Notes: generated by a model not told the origin, from the letters alone. Counted from the first letter of the stretch, positions 43,977 through 57,138 are shown. The stretch is DNA of 64,000 bases from Pseudomonadota bacterium (GCA_027624315.1 JAQBXX010000001.1:62203-126202), one strand, 5' to 3'. Numbers and translations: made by a program.

Positions 43977-45101
43977 GGCGGTTTCAATGACCAAGTGCAA
44001 AAAGCGCAGCATGATGCTGCCTGAAATCAAACGCATCCGGGGTGAACAACTCCGCGGGACACTTGAAGCCCAACGTCTTGCGTGGCCGGGTATTCAGTTT
44101 CCAGGCAATCGCATCCAGTTCCTTCTGGGTGAAGCCACTCAGGTCGCTGCCCTTGGGCAGGTACTGCCGCAACAGGCCGTTGGTGTTCTCGTTGATGCCG
44201 CGCTGCCAGGGGCTGTGCGGATCGGCGAAGTAGACCTTCACCCCGGTGGCTTCCGTCAGTCGTTGATGCGCCGCCATTTCACGGCCCTGATCGTAAGTGA
44301 GCGACAGACGCTTTTGCGCCTCGATCCGGTTGAGCACATGGCTGAAGCCTTCGAGCGCCGCTTCGGCACCGGCGTCGTTCATGCGCGACAGCACCGTGAA
44401 CAGGGTGGCGCGCTCCACCAGGGTGCCGACCGCCGAGCGGTTGTGCGCCCCCTTGATGAGATCGCCCTCCCAGTGCCCCGGCACCAGCCGCTCTTCCACT
44501 TCCGGTGGGCGATCATGAATGCTGACCATGGCGGGGATCTGACCGCGCCGGTCTTCACCCCGCGCACGGGGTCGGTGTTTGGCATGGCCGAAACGCAGCC
44601 AGCCAATCACCGCCGTGCGCAGCTCACCACGCGGCATGGCGTAGATCGCGGTGTAGATGGTTTCGTGAGAAACCCGCAACAAAGGCTGGTCGGGATGCAC
44701 GGCTTGCAGTGTGCCAGCAATCTGCTCGGGCGAGTAGCCTGCCTTCAGGTAGCGCAGCACCGGCTTCCACAGGGCGGTTCCGGGCTGCAGGCGGCGCTCC
44801 ACCCGTGGGATGGCCGTGCAGGCTTGGGCGCGCTGATGGGCCGCTTCGGCACGGTAGCCGCCGGCCAACGCAGGGCGTCCCGGGCCGCGACGCGCCTTCG
44901 GGCGAGCCCAGCCGTTGCGGCAGAGTTCGCGGGAAAGCGTGGAGGCCGAACGATTCAACCCCGCGGCAATCGCCGCCGGTTTGATGCCCATTTCCAGTTG
45001 CGTTTGGATCATCGTTCGCTCTTCAATACTCAACTGCTGGTAGATTTTCCCCATGCAACATTGTCTCCTGAAAATGTTGCACTTGGTATTTGAGCGCGCC
45101 C
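43977..45101 (-). mobile_element. complete IS30-family insertion sequence (about 1.1 kb) with terminal inverted repeats
   Basis: Terminal inverted repeats ggcggtttcaatgaccaagtgcaa (43977-44000) and ttgcacttggtatttgagcgcgcc (45078-45101). Candidate 3-bp direct duplication ctt at 43974-43976 and 45101-45103. The internal transposase ORF ends within the repeat. Confidence 0.85.
43984..45054 (-). CDS. IS30-family transposase (DDE)
   Basis: 356 aa with an N-terminal HTH (EERTMIQTQLEMGIKPAAIA) and a C-terminal DDE domain (HWEGDLI...DQGREMA...). Confidence 0.9.
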   Translation of the reverse strand: MGKIYQQLSIEERTMIQTQLEMGIKPAAIAAGLNRSASTLSRELCRNGWARPKARRGPGRPALAGGYRAEAAHQRAQACTAIPRVERRLQPGTALWKPVLRYLKAGYSPEQIAGTLQAVHPDQPLLRVSHETIYTAIYAMPRGELRTAVIGWLRFGHAKHRPRARGEDRRGQIPAMVSIHDRPPEVEERLVPGHWEGDLIKGAHNRSAVGTLVERATLFTVLSRMNDAGAEAALEGFSHVLNRIEAQKRLSLTYDQGREMAAHQRLTEATGVKVYFADPHSPWQRGINENTNGLLRQYLPKGSDLSGFTQKELDAIAWKLNTRPRKTLGFKCPAELFTPDAFDFRQHHAALFALGH

Positions 45102-45125
45102 TTTAAGGCTGTATGGGTGCCCAAT

Positions 45126-45392
45126 TTACGCCGCCTTTCTGCGCTTCATCACTTGATCCAGATCGTAGGTGGCCTGAAGGTTCATCCAAACCTTGGCGGA
45201 TGTACCTAGTGCCTTGGCCAAATCCAGCGCCGCCTCTGCAGTAATGCCTCTTTTGCCCTTGATTAACTCATTCAATCGCGCACGCGTCCACCCCAGTTTC
45301 TTCGCAAATGCGGCCTGGGTGATGTCGTCTGGAATGAGGAACTCCTCCAGAAGAATCTCTCCCGGATGAAACGGATTTCTGGGCTGACGCAT
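45126..45392 (-). CDS. higA: HigA-family antitoxin (XRE HTH)
   Basis: MRQPRNPFHPGEILLEEFL... with a helix-turn-helix (QAAFAKKLGWTRARLNELIKG). The ORF could start at 45419. Confidence 0.75.
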   Translation of the reverse strand: MRQPRNPFHPGEILLEEFLIPDDITQAAFAKKLGWTRARLNELIKGKRGITAEAALDLAKALGTSAKVWMNLQATYDLDQVMKRRKAA

Positions 45393-45415
45393 GATATTTA
45401 CCTCTTCATCCAGCT

Positions 45416-45706
45416 TCAATGATAATCAACAACCTGTACATCACTGGCATTACCGTCCTGCCACCTGAAAACTACCCGCCACTGGCTATTGATGCGAATA
45501 GAGTGGTAGCCCTTCCATTTGCCTTTTAATGCCTCAAGCCGGTTGCCGGGCGGAACGCGCAAATCCAACAACTCAGCGGCATCATGCAGATAGAGCAGTT
45601 TTCTGCGCGCCGCGCGCGTTACATCGGGCGGAAATGACAGCATATCCTTACTGCGCCGGTCGAGAAACAGATCCTGTGCCAGCTTATTTCCAAAGCCCAA
45701 AATCAT
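45416..45706 (-). CDS. higB: HigB-like toxin (RelE/ParE superfamily, plasmid-maintenance killer)
   Basis: 96 aa, ...LEALKGKWKGYHSIRINSQWRVVFRW, toxin-first higBA order. The palindrome tatcgaaactcgata at 45711-45725 upstream is a likely operator. Confidence 0.75.
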   Translation of the reverse strand: MILGFGNKLAQDLFLDRRSKDMLSFPPDVTRAARRKLLYLHDAAELLDLRVPPGNRLEALKGKWKGYHSIRINSQWRVVFRWQDGNASDVQVVDYH

Positions 45707-45750
45707 ATATTATCGAAACTCGATAACTACCGCAAATGACTGGGGTGTCA

Positions 45751-47421
<1,671 letters not shown>

Positions 47422-47494
47422 AGGGGCAGTGGCGAGTAGCTAGTGGCGAGTGGTAAGGCAACTATGATACTGGATATTCGCCCGCGATGGCTTA

Positions 47495-48004
47495 CTACGT
47501 GGTGCTTGCTATCGGCTTCTCCAGACGCAACGCCGGGGCGTGATCTTGGTAGTAATCGGTGATCTGGCGGATGAGTTGAAAGCCCGCCTTTTTATACAAA
47601 CGCAAAGCAGGTGCGTTGTCGGTGCGCACTTCGAGGCTCAAGCGGTGGCAGCCGCGCGCGGTGACGGCGCGCTCAACAGTCTCCAGCAGCGCTCGCGCGA
47701 TACCGCGCCCGTGATGCTGCGGGTGCACAACGAGGGAATAGAGACGGGCCTGCGTAGAGGTGGTGCGGCAGAGCAGCACGGCGTTGCCGGTCACCTGCCC
47801 GGCCTCTTCGTACACCCACACCTCGGCGCTCGCGCTGTGCAGCAGACGGCGGAGGCTCTGCCGCGACAAACGGTCGCCGGGAAAATGCCGCTCCAGCGCA
47901 ACGAGCGCAGCGAGGTCGGCGGGCACAGCGCGGCGCAACGTGGCCGCATAGACCTCCGCCTGCGCCGATGCCCCGCTGTAAGCGGACGGCTCAGCCCTGA
48001 ACAC
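47495..48004 (-). CDS. GNAT-family N-acetyltransferase
   Basis: 169 aa with acetyl-CoA motif QHHGRGIARALL. Overlaps the upstream DUF2156 gene by 14 nt. Confidence 0.75.
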   Translation of the reverse strand: MFRAEPSAYSGASAQAEVYAATLRRAVPADLAALVALERHFPGDRLSRQSLRRLLHSASAEVWVYEEAGQVTGNAVLLCRTTSTQARLYSLVVHPQHHGRGIARALLETVERAVTARGCHRLSLEVRTDNAPALRLYKKAGFQLIRQITDYYQDHAPALRLEKPIASTT

Positions 48005-49091
48005 TGTAACGGCTTAAGGTGAACTTCTCGCCGAACAGCGCCGGGCGGTAGCTCATCTTCACCTTGCGCAAGTTTTCCAGGCCGAGGTCGTCACCCACGT
48101 TGATGTAGGTGCAGTCGCGGTAGGTCTTGGCGAATTCTCGGAACAGATACTGCGCCGAACCCTGAATGGTGAAGTTGGTCTTTTCCACCAGCACGCTCGC
48201 CACATCAGCGGTGATGCGCTCACCGAAGGTGAAGCCTTCGATGCGCCCGCCGATGATGAGGCACAGGCCGTCGAGTTGCAGGTAGTCGTAATGCTCCAGC
48301 GCGCGATTGATCGCGGTGCGTTCCAGCTCGGCGGTGCAGAGGAAGTTGGGGATTTCCTGCGCCGGCAGATACTTGATGCGCTCCTGCAACCAAGTGTTGA
48401 CCAGCTCGCAGATGCCGTCGTGATGCTGCGGCCCCACCGGCTCCATGCGATGGTCCGGGTGGACGCGGCGGAACTGGTTGATCTCGTTGCGCTTGGTCTT
48501 GTAGGCGTTGCCCTTGAGCTCGATCAGGTCAGAGGTAGTGTAGATGTAATCGGGCAGGCTGCGTTCGACCAGCCATGCGCCGTCGCTCATGGTGGGGGGG
48601 GTGTCTTCGTCCGGGCTGACATGCAGCGCGCGCAGAAAGTCGCGGTACACAAACTCGACCTTGCCGAGGTAGGGTGTGGCGTTGTAGCCGTCCATGATCT
48701 CGAAGCAGGTGCTGAGCGCCGCGTGCTGGTCTTCCACACTGCCGAGCGGGGGCAGCGGCATGGTGAGGCCGTCGCCGGTGAGGCAAAACAAGCAGAAGCA
48801 CTCGTCTATGATCTGGTAAAAGCCGCTCTTCTGCGACAGCCAGATGATGTTGTTGGCGAAGGTGTAATCGGAGAGCGGGACTTGCGCGTGGCCGAGGTAA
48901 CTTTCGAACAGCGGCTTGACGTCAATGGTGAAGGGATAGAGCTTGTGGCCTTCAATGGCGAGGTAGCGATTGGGAAAGGCCTTGTTGACATGGAGCGCGA
49001 GCGGCGCGATGGAGGCCGGGCGTACGTCGCCCCAGCGCAGGCGGTTATCACGCAGGCTACTACCGGGAGGTTCGTCGAGTTGATTCAGCAT
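47991..49091 (-). CDS. DUF2156 protein (aminoacyl-phosphatidylglycerol synthase MprF C-terminal-like domain, stand-alone)
   Basis: 366 aa. Resemblance to the LPG-synthase C-terminal domain, with no membrane flippase part. Translationally coupled to the GNAT gene. Confidence 0.6.
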   Translation of the reverse strand: MLNQLDEPPGSSLRDNRLRWGDVRPASIAPLALHVNKAFPNRYLAIEGHKLYPFTIDVKPLFESYLGHAQVPLSDYTFANNIIWLSQKSGFYQIIDECFCLFCLTGDGLTMPLPPLGSVEDQHAALSTCFEIMDGYNATPYLGKVEFVYRDFLRALHVSPDEDTPPTMSDGAWLVERSLPDYIYTTSDLIELKGNAYKTKRNEINQFRRVHPDHRMEPVGPQHHDGICELVNTWLQERIKYLPAQEIPNFLCTAELERTAINRALEHYDYLQLDGLCLIIGGRIEGFTFGERITADVASVLVEKTNFTIQGSAQYLFREFAKTYRDCTYINVGDDLGLENLRKVKMSYRPALFGEKFTLSRYSVQG

Positions 49092-49290
49092 AGGTGTGTC
49101 TCCTTTTATTTATATGAATATTGAAACGGACATATGAAAACGCCGCTGGGGCATAAGCCATAGCGGCGCAGTCGGTTAGTACCGGGAAGGTGATGACAAG
49201 GGTAAAAATTGTCGCGCGCGTTCATTCTGTGCGCACATAGTACGAGTTGACGTAGCGCTGTCAACTACTATTTTACTGCGCCTGCGCGCT

Positions 49291-49776
49291 TTACGGGACG
49301 ATAGTGACCTTCTCCATCACCACCGGTTCAGTGGGCTTGTCGTTTCGATCCTTTGCCGTGCTTGCGATGGCATTGACCACCTCCTGACCCTCCGTGACCC
49401 GGCCGAAAATCGCGTAGTTCGGCGGCAGCGGATAATCCGCGTGCATGATGAAGAATTGCGAGCCGTTGGTGTTCGGCCCCGCGTTGGCCATCGCCACAAT
49501 GCCGGCCTTGTAACCCACCTTGTACAGCTCCGATGTGGCGTCGATCTCGTCGGCGAAGCGCCCGCCCCAGGCCGACTCGCCGCCGCGGCCGGTGCCGGTC
49601 GGATCACCGCCCTGAATCATGAAACCCTTGATCACGCGGTGAAAGATCACGCCGTCGTAGTATCCGCGCTCGGCGAGGGTGATGAAGTTTTCCGTGGTCT
49701 TGGGCGCATCCGTCTCCAACAGTTCAAAACGGATGGTGCCTTGGTTGGTTTCAATAATGGCGCTGCGGTGAGTCAT
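49291..49776 (-). CDS. ppiB: peptidyl-prolyl cis-trans isomerase (cyclophilin type)
   Basis: 161 aa, HRVIKGFMIQGGDPTGTGRGG, the cyclophilin signature. Confidence 0.9.
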   Translation of the reverse strand: MTHRSAIIETNQGTIRFELLETDAPKTTENFITLAERGYYDGVIFHRVIKGFMIQGGDPTGTGRGGESAWGGRFADEIDATSELYKVGYKAGIVAMANAGPNTNGSQFFIMHADYPLPPNYAIFGRVTEGQEVVNAIASTAKDRNDKPTEPVVMEKVTIVP

Positions 49777-49809
49777 CGGGTCTCCTGAGGTTCAACTTTG
49801 GGTAAAAAA

Positions 49810-50022
49810 TCATTGCTGTCCGGCATCTGTGCTGGGCGTCTTGAGCGCCTTGAAAAAACACCACACGAGGGCTCCAAGCCAATACAGCAGTGTCCAGCCT
49901 ACTGCCGCCGCCATCATGATGGGGGGGCTCAAGGTAAACCAGGAAATTATCAGCACACCGATAAGCGACACTATCCAGCTTGGGATTTTGTTTTGCAGGC
50001 ATACATACATTTTCTGAAACAT
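49810..50022 (-). CDS. small membrane protein (70 aa, 2 transmembrane helices; hypothetical)
   Basis: MFQKMYVCLQNKIPSWIVSLIGVLIISWFTLSPPIMMAAAVGWTLLYWLGALVWCFF... GGAGGG Shine-Dalgarno 6 nt upstream of the ATG at 50022. Confidence 0.45.
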   Translation of the reverse strand: MFQKMYVCLQNKIPSWIVSLIGVLIISWFTLSPPIMMAAAVGWTLLYWLGALVWCFFKALKTPSTDAGQQ

Positions 50023-50172
50023 GACACCCTCCTGCCAGATCAGGCAATGCGCCACATGGCGACCTTGCCAGTGTAGCGCACGGCCTGCAAACACGCACCT
50101 TGGGCCCCTCAGGCCCGCGAAATCACCCGCAAAATCGGGTATCCTACGCACTTTGCGCATCTAAGGAAGACC

Positions 50173-51429
<1,257 letters not shown>

Positions 51430-51453
51430 CTGTACCAAACAGGAGCGCACACC

Positions 51454-51966
51454 ATGCGCTGTCCCTTCTGTGGAGCGGATGACACCAAGGTAATCGATTC
51501 GCGCCTCGCCAACGAGGGGGCCGAAGTGCGCAGGCGCAGGCAGTGCCTAACCTGCGGCGAGCGCTTTACCTCGTATGAAAGCGCCGAGCTTGCGATGCCG
51601 CGCCTCGTCAAGCGTGACGGCAGCCGCGTGGCCTTCGATGAAGAGAAGCTGCGCGCCGGCATGATGCGGGCGCTGGAGAAGCGTCCGGTGTCGAGCGAGC
51701 GCATCGAGGTCGCCATCCGCCACATCAAACACCACCTGCGCGCGGGCGGTGAGCGCGAGGTGGCTTCACGCACGCTGGGTGAGTGGGTGATGGAGGCGTT
51801 GCGCGAGCTTGACCACGTCGCCTACGTGCGCTTTGCCTCGGTGTATCACAGTTTTCAGGATGTCGACGCCTTCCGTGATGAGATCGAGCGCTTGAAGCAT
51901 GAGCTGCCGGAAGACGCGAAGAAGCAACAGATTCCGCTGCTGCCTTCCGACCCCCCCAAGAAATGA
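51454..51966 (+). CDS. nrdR: transcriptional repressor NrdR
   Basis: [18 protein letters not shown]...[12 protein letters not shown], a zinc ribbon plus ATP-cone. Confidence 0.9.
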   Translation: MRCPFCGADDTKVIDSRLANEGAEVRRRRQCLTCGERFTSYESAELAMPRLVKRDGSRVAFDEEKLRAGMMRALEKRPVSSERIEVAIRHIKHHLRAGGEREVASRTLGEWVMEALRELDHVAYVRFASVYHSFQDVDAFRDEIERLKHELPEDAKKQQIPLLPSDPPKK

Positions 51967-53078
51967 CCAACGACCACGCCCACATGGCGCATGCCCTGCA
52001 ACTCGCGGCGCGTGGTCTCTACACCGCGCACCCCAACCCGCGCGTCGGCTGCGTAATTGTGCGCGACGGCGAAATCGTGGGCGCAGGCTGGCATCAACGC
52101 ACCGGCGAAGCGCACGCCGAAATCCATGCACTGCAACAGGCCGGAGCACGTGCGCGTGGCGCCACCGCCTACGTCACGCTGGAGCCCTGCTGTCATCACG
52201 GACGCACGCCGCCGTGCACTGACGCCTTGATCCAGGCAGGTGTCGCGCGCGTGGTGGCCGCGATGCGCGACCCCAACCCGAAGGTCGCGGGCACGGGCCT
52301 GCAGCAGCTCAAAGCAGCGGGCGTCGCCGTGGAAAGTGGAGTGCTGCAAACGGAAGCAGAAAGGCTCAACCCCGGTTTCATCATGCGCATGCAACACGAG
52401 CGCCCCTTTGTGCGCTGCAAACTCGCCATGACGCTGGATGGCCGCACCGCGGCGGCGGATGGCGCGAGCCAATGGATCACGGGCGAGGCGGCGCGTGCCG
52501 ATGTGCAGCATTGGCGCGCGCGCAGTTCCGCCATCCTCACCGGCATCGGCACCGTGCTCGCCGATGATCCGCGCTTGACGGTGCGGCTGGCGGAAGATCA
52601 CCTGCACCCGTTGCGCGTCGTACTGGACAGCGGCCTGCGCCTGCCACCCGGCGCGCGCATGCTGCAAGAGCCGGGGCAGACGCTTGTCCTGACCGCAGGC
52701 GGTAATGACGCCAAACGCGCCGCACTCACACAGGCGGGCGCAACGGTGGTGAAGCTGCCGCACGGCAACGGCGGCATTGATCTGCATGCGGCACTGCGCA
52801 CGCTTGCCGCGGAGTACGCAATCAACGAGCTGCTGGTCGAGGCCGGCCCCACCTTGCACGGCGCCCTGCTCGACGCCGGTCTGATCGATGAGTTGGTCAT
52901 TTATATGGCGCCGGCCCTGCTTGGCGACGGCGCACGCGGCCTGTTTCACCTGGCCTCACCCCCGGCTATGCCGCAGCGCATCGAGCTGGAGATCAGTGAA
53001 GTGCGCGCGGTGGGCCAGGACTGGCGCATCACCGTCACGCCCTCGAAGCCGCTGGCGCCAAGGTGCAACAGGGGCTGA
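51963..53078 (+). CDS. ribD: bifunctional riboflavin biosynthesis deaminase/reductase RibD
   Basis: 371 aa with a CMP/dCMP deaminase zinc motif (HAEIHAL...[11 protein letters not shown]) and a C-terminal reductase domain. Confidence 0.9.
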   Translation: MTNDHAHMAHALQLAARGLYTAHPNPRVGCVIVRDGEIVGAGWHQRTGEAHAEIHALQQAGARARGATAYVTLEPCCHHGRTPPCTDALIQAGVARVVAAMRDPNPKVAGTGLQQLKAAGVAVESGVLQTEAERLNPGFIMRMQHERPFVRCKLAMTLDGRTAAADGASQWITGEAARADVQHWRARSSAILTGIGTVLADDPRLTVRLAEDHLHPLRVVLDSGLRLPPGARMLQEPGQTLVLTAGGNDAKRAALTQAGATVVKLPHGNGGIDLHAALRTLAAEYAINELLVEAGPTLHGALLDAGLIDELVIYMAPALLGDGARGLFHLASPPAMPQRIELEISEVRAVGQDWRITVTPSKPLAPRCNRG

Positions 53079-53282
53079 CGACCGTGGAGGAGATATTGCG
53101 CGTGCTCGGCCCGCAGACGGAATAGTCGTATCGTCCAAGGAAGTTCTGATCAAGCCTGCCATTCCCGCGCAAGCGGGAATCCAGTCATTCAACAGCCTGC
53201 TGGACTCCTGCCTCCGCAGGAGTGACTTTAATCCTGAGTTCCCTTGCTTCTTGCTTCTTTTATCTTGTATCTTGCTTTTCTT

Positions 53283-53906
53283 ATGTTCACCGGCATCATC
53301 GAGACTACAGGACGACTCACCCTGCTCACGCAGCGGGGCGCGGACGCATGCGCGCAGATCGCCACCGGCACGCTCGACCTGTCCGACGTGCACACCGGCG
53401 ACAGCATCGCGGTGAACGGCGTGTGCCTCACGGTCGCCGCACTCGATGCAAGTGGATTTCAGGCCGACCTCTCCGCTGAAACCCTGCAGCGCACCACGTT
53501 TGCCACGCTCGTGCCCGGCAGCGCGCTCAATCTGGAGAAATCCGCGACCCCGGTCACGCGCCTCGGCGGCCACCTGGTCAGCGGCCACGTCGACGGCACC
53601 GCCACGCTGCTTGCGCGCGAGACTGTTGGTCAGTCGCTGCGCCTCTCGCTCAAGGCGCCCGCTACCCTCGCCAAATACATCGCAGAAAAAGGTTCGATCT
53701 GCGTCAATGGCGTGAGCCTGACCGTGAATGCGGTGAATGGCTCCACGTTCGATGTGAACCTGGTGCCTCATACCTTGCAGGCCACCACGCTGGTCACACT
53801 CGCCGTGGGGGACAGCGCCAACATCGAAGTAGACATGATCGCACGCTATCTGGAACGTTTGCTGCTGCGCGAGCGAGCGGCGGAGAGTTCGGATGATCCC
53901 ATATAA
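53283..53906 (+). CDS. ribE: riboflavin synthase (alpha chain)
   Basis: MFTGIIETTGRL... with a duplicated lumazine-binding half (second copy VNGVSLTV). Start at the ATG at 53283. Confidence 0.85.
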   Translation: MFTGIIETTGRLTLLTQRGADACAQIATGTLDLSDVHTGDSIAVNGVCLTVAALDASGFQADLSAETLQRTTFATLVPGSALNLEKSATPVTRLGGHLVSGHVDGTATLLARETVGQSLRLSLKAPATLAKYIAEKGSICVNGVSLTVNAVNGSTFDVNLVPHTLQATTLVTLAVGDSANIEVDMIARYLERLLLRERAAESSDDPI

Positions 53907-54047
53907 AAGCTCAACGCGAAGACGCAAAGACGCCAAGCACAAAGGGGGCCTAAAAGGATGAAAACACATTTATTGAGCCAGCCTGGAGTTAAAACAATAT
54001 GTCATTTGAATACTGTGCGTCTTTGCGTTGGGTCTTTAGATAAATAA

Positions 54048-55172
54048 ATGGCGCTCAGCAAGATAGAAGACATCGTCGCCGACATACGCGCCGGAAAAAT
54101 GGTCGTGCTCATGGACGACGAGGAGCGCGAAAACGAAGGCGACCTCATCATGGCGGCAGCGCATGTGCGCGCCGAAGACATCAACTTCATGGCGCGTTAT
54201 GGGCGCGGCCTCATCTGCCTCACGCTCACGCACGAGCGTTGCACGCAACTGCGCCTGCCGCTCATGGTGAGCGGCACCACCACCGAGCACCGCACCAACT
54301 TCACCGTCTCCATCGAGGCTGCGCACGGCGTCACCACCGGTATCTCCGCCGCCGACCGCGCGCGCACCGTGCGCGCCGCAGTCATGCCTGATGCCAGGCC
54401 CGCCGACCTCACCCAGCCCGGCCACATCTTCCCGCTCATGGCGCAGCCGGGCGGTGTGCTCACGCGCGCCGGCCACACCGAGGCGGGCTGCGACCTCGCG
54501 CGCCTCGCCGGCCTCGAACCTGCGGCGGTGATCGTCGAGATTCTGAATGAAGACGGCAGCATGGCGCGCCGCACTGATCTCGAAGTGTTCGCGCAACACC
54601 ACGGCCTCAGGATCGGCACCATCGCCGACCTGATTCACTATCGTATCCAGCGCGAAAAGACGGTGGAACACATCAGTCACCGTCCGGTGCACACCGAGTA
54701 CGGAGAATTTCAGTTACACACTTATCACGATGCCATCGACAACCAGTTGCACCTCGCACTGGTGCGCGGCGAGCTGCATGCCGACGCGCCCACGCTGGTG
54801 CGCGTGCACGTGGAAACTGCACTGGACAGCATCGCACTCAAGCGTGATGACGCGGGCTGGACACTGCACACGGCCATGCAGCGCGTGGCACAGGAAGACA
54901 CGGGGGTGATCGTGATTCTGCGCAGGCCGGACACGACGCAGGAATTGCTCGCGTTCATCAGCCCTACCCAACCCCATGCGCAAGACTCGCATCCGTCCGC
55001 TGCGGAAGGTGCAGCCGACTTGCGCACCTACGGCGTCGGCGCGCAAATTCTCATGGATCTGGGCGTGCGCAAGATGCGCGTGCTGGGCCAGCCCAGAAGA
55101 CTGCACGGCCTCTCCGGCTTTGATCTGGAAATTGTCGATTATGTAACGACTGACAAAAGAGAACAGAGATAA
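54048..55172 (+). CDS. ribB: 3,4-dihydroxy-2-butanone-4-phosphate synthase with GTP-cyclohydrolase-II-like C-terminal domain
   Basis: 374 aa; N-terminal DHBP synthase motif ([15 protein letters not shown]); the C-terminal domain resembles RibA. Confidence 0.9.
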   Translation: MALSKIEDIVADIRAGKMVVLMDDEERENEGDLIMAAAHVRAEDINFMARYGRGLICLTLTHERCTQLRLPLMVSGTTTEHRTNFTVSIEAAHGVTTGISAADRARTVRAAVMPDARPADLTQPGHIFPLMAQPGGVLTRAGHTEAGCDLARLAGLEPAAVIVEILNEDGSMARRTDLEVFAQHHGLRIGTIADLIHYRIQREKTVEHISHRPVHTEYGEFQLHTYHDAIDNQLHLALVRGELHADAPTLVRVHVETALDSIALKRDDAGWTLHTAMQRVAQEDTGVIVILRRPDTTQELLAFISPTQPHAQDSHPSAAEGAADLRTYGVGAQILMDLGVRKMRVLGQPRRLHGLSGFDLEIVDYVTTDKREQR

Positions 55173-55232
55173 AGCAATCAGAAAAGCGTATAATTCCATA
55201 AGCTTTTCACAGCCTGCCTTGTCTCTGTCGTT

Positions 55233-55727
55233 ATGAAAAAATCAAAACCCGCCGAAGTCCGCTTCAACCTGCGCGGCGCACGCTTCGGCATCGTCGCGGC
55301 ACGCTTTAACAACACCATCGTGGACGCCCTGCTCGACGGCGCGCTTGCCGCGCTGCATGAGCACGGCATCGCACAGCGCAATATTGACATCGTGCGCGTG
55401 CCGGGCGCGCTTGAAATGCCGCTCGCGGCCAGCCGCATGGCGCAAACCAAACGCTACGATGCCTTGATTGCGCTCGGCGCGGTGATCCGCGGCGGCACGC
55501 CGCACTTCGAGTACGTGGCAGGTGCATGCACCGACGGCCTCGCCGCAGTCAGCTTGAAGCATGACATCCCGGTCAGTTTCGGCGTGCTCACCACCCATAC
55601 GGTGAAGCAGGCCGTCCAGCGCACCACTCCAAAAAACAATAAAGGCGCGGACGCTGCACAGGCCGCCATGGAGATGGTCAGCGTATTGCGTGAAATTGAT
55701 GCGCACAAAAAGAAAAAAGGCCGATGA
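55233..55727 (+). CDS. ribH: 6,7-dimethyl-8-ribityllumazine synthase
   Basis: 164 aa, FGIVAARFNNTIVDALLDGA... Confidence 0.9.
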   Translation: MKKSKPAEVRFNLRGARFGIVAARFNNTIVDALLDGALAALHEHGIAQRNIDIVRVPGALEMPLAASRMAQTKRYDALIALGAVIRGGTPHFEYVAGACTDGLAAVSLKHDIPVSFGVLTTHTVKQAVQRTTPKNNKGADAAQAAMEMVSVLREIDAHKKKKGR

Positions 55728-56152
55728 GCCGCGCCCGCAGCCTGGCCCGCCGAGCCGCTGTGCAGGCGTTATACCAATGGCAGATGGCGCAGCAGAACCT
55801 CTCGGACATCGAAACCCAGTTCCTGGTCGAGCATGATCTGCGCAAGGCCGAGCTGCCCTACTTCCAGGAATTGCTGCATCAGATTCCGGCGCAACTCGAC
55901 GAGATCGAAAAAAGCCTGGCGCCCGTGCTCGACCGCCCGCTCGCAGAGGTCGACCCGGTGGAGTGCGCCATCCTGCGCATCGGTGCCTATGAACTGCGCG
56001 CCCACCCCGAAATCCCCTACCGCGTGATCATCAACGAAGCCGTCGAGCTCGCCAAACGCTTCGGCGGCGATCTCGGCTACAAATACGTCAACGGCGTACT
56101 CGACAAAGTCGCACGCACACTGCGCCCTGACGAGAAGCGCAACAGACAGTAA
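55724..56152 (+). CDS. nusB: transcription antitermination factor NusB
   Basis: 142 aa, ARRAAVQALYQWQM... Confidence 0.9.
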   Translation: MSRARSLARRAAVQALYQWQMAQQNLSDIETQFLVEHDLRKAELPYFQELLHQIPAQLDEIEKSLAPVLDRPLAEVDPVECAILRIGAYELRAHPEIPYRVIINEAVELAKRFGGDLGYKYVNGVLDKVARTLRPDEKRNRQ

Positions 56153-56157
56153 GGCAC

Positions 56158-57138
56158 ATGGCACTCACCGAGTTCAGCCTCATCGAGCGCTATTTTTCGC
56201 GCCCCGCGGCGCAGCGTGACCCGGATGTGGTGCTCGGCATTGGCGACGACGCTGCGCTGCTGCATGTGCCGGAAGGCATGGAACTCGCCGTGGCGACGGA
56301 CACGCTGGCGGAAGGCGTGCACTTCCCGCTGCACACAAAACCCGAAGATATCGGCCACAAGGCGCTTGCGGCAAACCTGAGCGACATGGCGGCGATGGGC
56401 GCGGAACCACGCTGGGCGACGCTTGCACTCACACTGCCCCATGCCGACAAGTCCTGGCTGGCCGCCTTCAGCGCAGGTTTTTTTGCGCTCGCCGCCGAGT
56501 ACCGAATACAACTCATCGGCGGCGACACTACGCGCGGCCCGCTCTCCATCACGGTGCAGATACTCGGCCTCGTACCCGCAGGCATGGCGCTGCGCCGCAG
56601 CGGGGCGCACGCGGGTGATCTGATTTATGTCACCGGCACGCTGGGTGACGCAGGGCTAGGCCTGCGCGTACTGCAACAACCGATCGAACTTTCCGCAGGG
56701 CATGCAGCGCACGTCATGCAGCGCCTGAATCGCCCGCAGCCGCGCGTCGCGGAAGGCATTGCGCTGCGCGGCATTGCCAGCGCCGCGATTGATATTTCCG
56801 ACGGCCTCGGCGCCGATCTCGGCCACATTCTGCAAGCCAGCGGCACAGGCGCGCGCATCAATATGGCCGCGCTGCCACTGTCCGCTGCCGTGAACTCATA
56901 TGTGAACCATTCCGGCGACTGGCACACACCGCTGTGCGCGGGCGATGATTACGAATTGTGCTTCACCGTGCCCGCACAGAAACGCCCCGCATTACTTGAT
57001 GCACTGAAGTCTTCCGCCTCCGGCTGCACTCACATCGGCGTGATTGAGGCAGCACCGGGCCTGCGCTGCATCTCGGCCAGCGGCGCACTTATCACACCCC
57101 GCGCAGGCGGCTACCAACACTTTTCCGCAAATGAATAA
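56158..57138 (+). CDS. thiL: thiamine-monophosphate kinase
   Basis: 326 aa, AIR-synthase-like fold (IGDDAALL...DTLAEGVHF). Confidence 0.85.
   Translation: MALTEFSLIERYFSRPAAQRDPDVVLGIGDDAALLHVPEGMELAVATDTLAEGVHFPLHTKPEDIGHKALAANLSDMAAMGAEPRWATLALTLPHADKSWLAAFSAGFFALAAEYRIQLIGGDTTRGPLSITVQILGLVPAGMALRRSGAHAGDLIYVTGTLGDAGLGLRVLQQPIELSAGHAAHVMQRLNRPQPRVAEGIALRGIASAAIDISDGLGADLGHILQASGTGARINMAALPLSAAVNSYVNHSGDWHTPLCAGDDYELCFTVPAQKRPALLDALKSSASGCTHIGVIEAAPGLRCISASGALITPRAGGYQHFSANE

Noticed and set aside
43270-45093. 607-aa + ORF across metX and the IS30 transposase
   Set aside because: Antisense to two confidently identified genes. Low-complexity Arg/Gly/Ala composition.
53907-54047. FMN riboswitch expected upstream of ribB
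   Set aside because: No RFN consensus seen. Only a long-range inverted repeat (gacgcaaagacgc ... gcgtctttgcgtt) is present.
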